Below the pieces are notes generated by a model. That model was not told the DNA's origin. It worked only from the letters and a program-made list of their open reading frames with translations, and did no database searches. A stretch of 64,000 nt of DNA from NCBI GenBank assembly GCA_014905635.1, contig JABVCE010000013.1, positions 682,001-746,000 of the forward strand, read 5' to 3'. The position numbers and the translations under genes are program-made. Positions 57,859-64,000 of this stretch are shown one piece after another (the stretch's first letter is position 1; each line of letters opens with the position of its first letter). Origin of the DNA: Scenedesmus sp. PABB004 (Eukaryota).

Positions 57859-58518
57859 GCGAGTGCCAGGGACGACGCGGAGCTGCTCAAGGGCGCGCTG
57901 GAGGTGCTGCAGCTCTCGGTCGCGCTCCCGCCGGGCGCGAGTGCCGGCGGCGGCGCCGACGCGGCGGCGGCGGCGGCGCAGCAGCTCGAGGTGCGGCCGG
58001 GCGGCCGGCTGCGGGCGGGCGCGCCCTCGGCGCGGCCCCGCGCGGCGCGGCGAGCCTCACGCCCGCCGCCGCCGCCGCCGCCGCCGCCCGCCGCCGCCAC
58101 CGCGCAGCGTGCGCCGCCGCCGGCGCTGATCAACGCCGACCTGTTCTGCCGCGCGCCCGACAACGTGCTGCTGCTGCTGGGCCTGCTGCGCGATGAGCCG
58201 GAGGGCGTGGACGACTTTTACGTCCGCTACGGCGCGCTGCAGGCGCTCAGTGGCCTCGCGGCAGCCTGCCCGGACAAGCTCCAGGTGCGCGCGCCGCGGC
58301 GGCGGCAGCAGTCGCGGCGGGGCGGGCGCTGCGCAGCCTGCCGGGCGCCGTGCGCGGGGCGCTGGGCGGCCTGCGGCGGCCGCGACGCCGTGCGCCCGTG
58401 CCGCGCGCGCGCGCAGGCGGCGGTGCTGACGAGCCCCGTGGGCGTCGTCGCGCTGATGGACCTGCTGGCCAGCCCGATGGAGGTCCTGCGCAACGAGGCG
58501 CTGCTGCTGCTGGTCGGG
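57859..58518 (+). pseudogene. Three-exon internal fragment of USO1/p115 (golgin GC6-like) vesicle-tethering head domain
   Basis: RDDAELLKGALEVL, ALINADLFCR..NVLLLLGLL..DDFYVRYGALQAL..LQ|AAVLTSPVGVVALMDLL..EVLRNEALLLL match the recalled p115 head. No upstream or downstream homologous exons are visible. Confidence 0.75.
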
Positions 58519-58799
58519 GGCGGGCGAGCGCGCCCGGCACCGGCGGGGGAGTGCTGCGCGCGGGCGCCGCGGTCGCAGGCGGCGAACGCGCGGGCGGCAC
58601 GCCCTGGGCGCGTGTGGCGGCGCGGGAGGGCGCACGCGGAGGAACAGGCGTCGGCACTGCTGCGGCGGCGACCGCGCGACGCGGCTGCGCGCGCGCCGGC
58701 GGCTGCGCCCTGCACCGCCGGCGGCGGGCGCCCGCGCCCGCCCTGCGCCGCCGCTCGCTGCGATCGGGCGGGGCGCGACTGCGACCGCGGCGGTGCCGC

Positions 58800-59490
58800 T
58801 GCGCTGCGCCGCGGCTCGCGCGTCGTTGTCTGCGCCGCCGCCTCTCGCCCGCCCCCCGCCGCAGCTGCTTCTGCTTCCTCAGGACCCCCGCCGCCGCCCT
58901 CGCCTGCCCACACGCCGCCAGCCGCCGCACGTCGCCCGCACGGCCCGCTCGCCTCAGCGCGCCGCCGGCCGCCGCTGCTCCCGCCCCCTGCCGCCCCGCC
59001 TGCGCCGAGGCGCGCCCGGGCACGGCCGCCAGCGCCCGTGTGCCACGCCCTCGCGGCCGCAGCGCCCCGCCGGGCCCACTGCGGCAGCGCCCGCGCGGGC
59101 GCTGCGCTGCGCTGCGCAGCCTGCCGGGCGCCGGGCGCTGACGGCAGCAGCGTGCGGGGGCTCCCGCGCCGGCGGGCGGGCGCCGCCAGCGGCTGAGATG
59201 GCCAGGGGGGGGCGTGGCGGCGCGCCAGGGCGTGGGCGGCGGCCGCGCGTGGCGTGGTGTGTGCGCAGCTGCGGTTGGAGGCGTGCGGCCCACGCGTTGC
59301 CGAGGTGCAAGCGTTGAGTTGAGGCCACGCGTGCACGCCGCACCTCGCCCAGCACGCCGCGCTCGGCGCCCGCGCTGCCGCCGGCGCGCGTGCCAGGGCC
59401 GCCGCGCGACCCTGCGCACTCGCTGGCTCCTGGGAGATCCTGAGCTAGCGCACACCTCGCGCGCGGCGAACGCGTGCACCGGCGCCCGGC
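58800..59490 (+). repeat. Dispersed 'empty' F-box/LRR cassette: 5' flank fused to 3' flank with no coding sequence
   Basis: 58800-59098 is a diverged reverse complement of ~21020-20725; 59137-59490 is a diverged reverse complement of ~21387-21040. Confidence 0.75.
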
Positions 59491-59834
59491 CGACCAGTAA
59501 CAGACGCGCGCCGCCAGGTCTTTGCCGCCGCGCCCTGCTGCCAGCGGCGCGCGCGTGCTGCCTGCGCGTCCAGCGCCTCGCCGGCGCCGACCCACACCAT
59601 CCACCGTGTCGCAGCTGCGCTCGCGGCGTCGCCGAGCCGCGCCGGGCAGCCATCGGCCGCAAACGGCCTCGCCAACCCCCGCTCCACCGCCGGCGCCAGA
59701 CGGGCCGGCTCCGCTCGAACGGGCGGAAAACATTCGTTCAGTTGCAACGGCATCGGCGTAGGCAGGCCAGCTCGGCGCTGCTGCCCGCGGGCGCGACCAG
59801 ACTGCCGAGCGCCTGCCCGGCGCTCGTGCGCGCG

Positions 59835-62800
59835 ATGGGCGCCATGCCGCGGCGCCGCGGCGCGCGCGTGGGCATTTTGATAGCAGTGGTAGCAGGTGAG
59901 CGTGGCTGGCAGGGCGCAGGCGGGCCTTGGGGGCCGGGCCAGGCTGCTGGGACACTGGCCAGGCGTCGCCCTGGCCGGCTGGCCCCAGCAGCCCCAGGGC
60001 CGCACGGCCGCGCGCGGAGCGTGCGGGAGGGCCGCAAGGGCGGCACGAAGGCTCCAGGCGGCACCGCTGTGCAGGACGCGCGGCGGCGGCGTCCCGCGCG
60101 CTCGGGCGCCACGCGGAGCGGCAGCGCGCGGCCGCTCGCCGGCAGCCGTGTTGGCGGGGCGGCGGCCGCAGACGCACCAGCAGCAGCAGCAGCAGCAGCG
60201 GCAGCAGCAGCCGCAGCGCCCGCAGCCGGGGGACGCGCGCGCTGCGGCGAGCGGGCCCGCCGCGCGCGCTCAATCAACCGCCCGCCGCGCCGCGCCGCGC
60301 CGCCCGCCGCCCCGGTGCAGCCAACCTCGCGCTGAGCGGCGCGCTGCCGGACCTCATCCGCTGGGACCCCATCCGCGAGGTCTGGGTGGACCAGAAGACG
60401 CGTGGCGTGGTCACGGTGACCTCCAACTCCGTCACCAACCCCGCGGCCGGCACGACGCTCGCGGCGGCGCAGGGCGCCGGCGTCGTCGCCGCGGCGCCGA
60501 CGTACTTCCAGCAGGGCGAGACGCGCGCGCAGCGCGCGAGCGACAAGTCGATGTTCCCCCTCGTCATCCCCGACGCCGACTGGTTCAAGACGTGCGGCAA
60601 GAACGCGAGCGACCTCATGTCCCTGATCACCACCAAGTGCGACCTCTTCAAGGACTACGTCAACTGCCAGCAGCTCGCCGAGATGGGCTACCTCCCGCCC
60701 GGCGTGCAGAGCTTCGTGCCCGGCGGCAACCTCAACGGCGGCTTCACCATCCCCAACGGCTGCAGCTCCGGCAACCTCGGCATCGAGTACGACGGCATCA
60801 AGATGGTCTTCAACAGCCCCCAGGCACGCGCCGCGCCTGCACGCCGCGCCGTGCCGCGCCGCTGTCAGCGCCGCTGCCGCGCCGGCGCCGCGCTGCGGCC
60901 CGGCGAGCGCCGCGCGGAGCCGGCCGGCCCGGCCGCCGCCCCGCCGCGACCGGCGCGCCGCGCTGCCGCGACCGGCGCGCCGCGCTGCCGCTGCCGCGCC
61001 CGCCCGCAGGTGCCCATCCTCGCGGTCATCGCCAAGGACATCCCCAGCCGCGTGTACTACTTTGGCTCGGGCGTCACCCAGGTTAGCGAACGAACGAACA
61101 GCCTCGCCCCGCCGGCCTCGCCCCGCCTGCTGCGCGCCCCCGCCGCCGCCACCTCACCGCCCGCGCCGCGTCGCCGCCTGAACCCCAGGGCCGCCTGCTC
61201 AACCTGCTGATGATGAAGGCCGAGTTCTGCTACGCGCCGCCGAGCATCAGCCCGCTCTACGTCAGCAAGACCGCGACGTACAGCACCGGCATGCAGCCCG
61301 GCACGTCGGCGTGGAACTTCTTCAAGACCGTCGCCCTCGCGCCGCCGTTCAGCAACAACGTCGCGCCCCTCTTCCGCGGCGACACCGCGGTGCGCGCCGC
61401 CGCCGCTGCTGCGCGGCCCGGGCTCGCCGCGCGCCGGCGGCTGGCCGCGCGGCCGGCGGCCGGCACCGGCGGCGGCCGCCGACGCCCGCGTGCCGCGCCC
61501 CGCGGCCGCGCAGGACGCGACGTGGACGCTGAGCGTGCAGAAGACGGGCACCGACACCGTGTACCAGGGCGCGGTGACGGGGCAGATCACCGTGACCAAC
61601 CCCCAGGTGCGCCGCGCCGCACCGCACGCACAGCGACCCCCTGGCAGCAGCACCGCGCGCGGCCGGGGGGCCCTGGCGCTGGGCTGAGCTCTAACGCGGC
61701 CCCGCCGCACCGCCCCCAGGCTGTGCCCGTGACTGTGTACAACATCAACGACTACGTCCAGGGCGGCCCCGGCTCCACAGTCTCGTGCGGCACGCCGACG
61801 CCCTTCCAGGTGCGCGGCGGCAGCGCGGCCGGCGCGCCCGCGTCGCCGCGGCGTCCAGGCCAGCTCACGCGCGCGCGCCGCCGCGGACGACGCGACCCCC
61901 ACAGATCCAGCCCTGCTCCAGCACGGTGTGCAACTACGTGAGCTACTGGCCCTCCGCGCCGCCGGCGGGCTCGTACACCAACCTTGCCGACGTGCAGTAC
62001 AGCGTCGGCGACAGCGGCGTCATGGGCAACCAGGTGCGCGCCAGGGTTTAGGGGCCAGGCTGGGCCGGGCGCAGCCGGGCGCGCCGTGGCAGCTGGCGGC
62101 GCAGCTGGGCCCGGCCGGCCGCCGGCGGGCTCGCGCGCGGCGGCGCGTAAACCCACGCCCCGCGCGTCGCGCCGCCAGGTCGGCACGTCGATCTTCAACG
62201 TCGGCTCCATCAGCGAGGCGGTGGGCATGATGAACACGCAGGTGCGCGGGCGGCAGCAGGGGCGGGTGCAGCAGCGTCAAGGGCGGGCGCAGCAGCAGCG
62301 AGGGCGGCGGCGGGGCGAGCGGCGGGCTCACGCCGCCGCGTCGCCGCTGCGCAGGTCGGCACCATCCCCGCGGGCCAGGCGATCGTGCAGGACGCCATGG
62401 CGCCGTCGCCATACTACTTCTCTGGTGCGCGGCCGGGGCGGGCGTGCCGCGGCGCAGCGGGGCGCGGCGGCGGCAGCAGGCTGGGCGGGGCGGACGCAGC
62501 GGGGCCGGCGGCGGCCGACCGCGCGCCGCGCCCGCGGCCCGCCGCGCAGGCACGACGCAGCAGTCGTACACCACGCAGCTGGCCTGCCCCGACTCGAGCA
62601 TCATCACCAACGAGGCGACGCTCACCGCCGCGACGGGGCAGCAGGTCAAGCAGGCCGCGACGGTGCAGAAGCTCTGCTTCGACCTCCAGGTGCGGCCCGC
62701 AAGCAGCAGGCGCAGCAGCAGTTTACACCGCGGGCGCTCGCCTGCTGGGTTGCCGCCGCGCGCTGAGCCGCCGCCACCGCCGCCACCGCGCCGCCGCCGC

Positions 62801-64000
62801 GCAGGTGCGCCTGTCCCAGACGGCGACGCCGTTTGTCGGCAAGTGGGGCTGGTCGGTCACCAAGACCGCGAGCGCGGCCAACATCACGCTCAAGCCGAGC
62901 GAGACGAGCTGGGACAAGTTTGTGAAGCAGCAGATGGACCTCGCGATCGCGGGCGGCACCGAGCCGTCCGCCGCGCTCGCGGCGATCACGGGCGGGCAGA
63001 ACTACAGCGCGCTCGCGTCGGCGGCGATGCCGGGGACGACCAACGAGGAGATCACATACACCGTGGCCTTCACGCGCAGCGCGCCCGCGGGCATGGCCGG
63101 CGGCGGCCCCGCGTTCCAGACGACCGGCGACGTGTTCATCACCAACAGCTCCCCGCTCAACGCGCAGCTCAAGGAGGTGCAGGTGTCCATCTCCAACCCC
63201 TTCGGCGGCATGCCCTACACCGGCACCGCCGCGTGCCCGCTGATGACGGTCGCGGCGGGGCAGACGCTCACGTGCCGCTACGTCGCGACGCCGAGCTTTA
63301 ACCCCGTGGGCGCGCAGATCACCGCGAGCGCGGTGTACCTGAACAACCGCAACGGCGTGCCCTCCGGCGCGACCACGGCGTTCGCGTCGGCGCCGCTCAT
63401 CGTCGGCGGCGGCGCGCCCGCCGGCGCGGCCGCGCCGGGCCGCAAGCTCCAGGCCGCGGCCGCGGGCGGCGGCGCCGCCGGCGGCGCGCCCGGCGCGGTC
63501 GAGAACATCGCCCAGGTGCTCGGCGGCCTGCTGCGCCCGCTCGACAGCAGCAGCGACGGCGACAAGGACACCACCACGCTGCCGCCCGTGGTCGGCCGGC
63601 CGAGCGTGTCGCTGCCGGCGATCGCGGTGCCGAGCCTGACCAAGAAGGGCGACGCGCCGGCGTCGGGCGACGAGTCCAACCCGCTCGCGGGCTTTGGCAA
63701 GTTTGTTACCGACATCGCCAAGAAGGTCAACGACAACGCGCCCCAGCTGACGATGAACGTCGTGGACGTCGCCGACATGCTCCCCAAGCTGCCGCCCCTG
63801 CACGGCAAGGGCGGCGCGCCCGCGGCGTCGCCCGCGCCGGAGCCGACCGTCGCCGTCGCGGCCAACCCGAGCGCGCCGCCGACCGTCGCCGCGGCGGCGG
63901 CCAACCCGAGCGCGCCGCCGACGCTGCCGGCCGTCGCGGCGACGCCCGGGCGCCCCGCGCCGACGACGTTCGACCTCAAGGGCCTGCAGCAGGAGTGCGT
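59835..64000 (+). CDS. Large secreted/cell-surface protein with Cys-containing beta-rich repeats and Pro/Ala/Thr-rich linker; 3' incomplete, 5' exons uncertain
   Basis: Signal-like MGAMPRRRGARVGILIAVVA|. Ten or more phase-consistent exons with coding-type codon usage from 60321, then an open frame from 62805 to 64000 with no stop. Confidence 0.75.

Noticed and set aside
59425..59448. Possible Helitron 3' end (weak hairpin plus CTAG) in the empty cassette
   Set aside because: CTAG is not conserved in the 21.08-kb copy and homology continues past it.
1..64000. Hundreds of long overlapping Arg/Ala/Pro/Gly-rich ORFs, e.g. 41595..45533, 33106..36051, 4434..7283
   Set aside because: Expected from stop-codon scarcity at ~80% GC; they are antisense or off-frame shadows and intron read-throughs of the spliced genes.

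Overview
Eukaryotic nuclear DNA, roughly 80% GC by eye and gene-dense, with short (~90-150 nt) spliceosomal introns and TGTAA/TGCAA poly(A)-type signals. This fits a chlorophyte green alga (Sphaeropleales-like; the taxon is an inference). Most long ORFs in the supplied track are GC-driven artefacts, so the real genes were rebuilt exon by exon. In order: kinesin-12 (-), DJ-1/PfpI (+), unknown coiled-coil protein (+), RAF2/PCD-like protein (+), amino-acid permease 1 (-), F-box/LRR copies 1 and 2 (-), plastid CBM20/coiled-coil protein (-), amino-acid permease 2 (+), F-box/LRR copies 3 and 4 (-), DHHC S-acyltransferase (-), cyanobacterial-type Ser/Thr kinase (+), NDX-like/AP2 protein (+), BAHD-type acyltransferase (+), equilibrative nucleoside transporter (-), EGF-GT47 exostosin (-), an orphan USO1/p115 fragment (+), and a large secreted beta-repeat protein (+) that runs off the window. 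Three things stand out. (1) A protein carries the N-terminal domain of plant NODULIN HOMEOBOX but has an AP2 domain where the homeodomain should be. (2) An F-box/LRR family is turning over rapidly: mosaic and hypervariable copies, one deleted copy, one stop-interrupted copy, and an 'empty' flank-only cassette 38 kb away next to a stranded USO1 fragment. (3) GC-AG introns are unusually frequent. All family assignments come from recalled motifs; no database searches were run.
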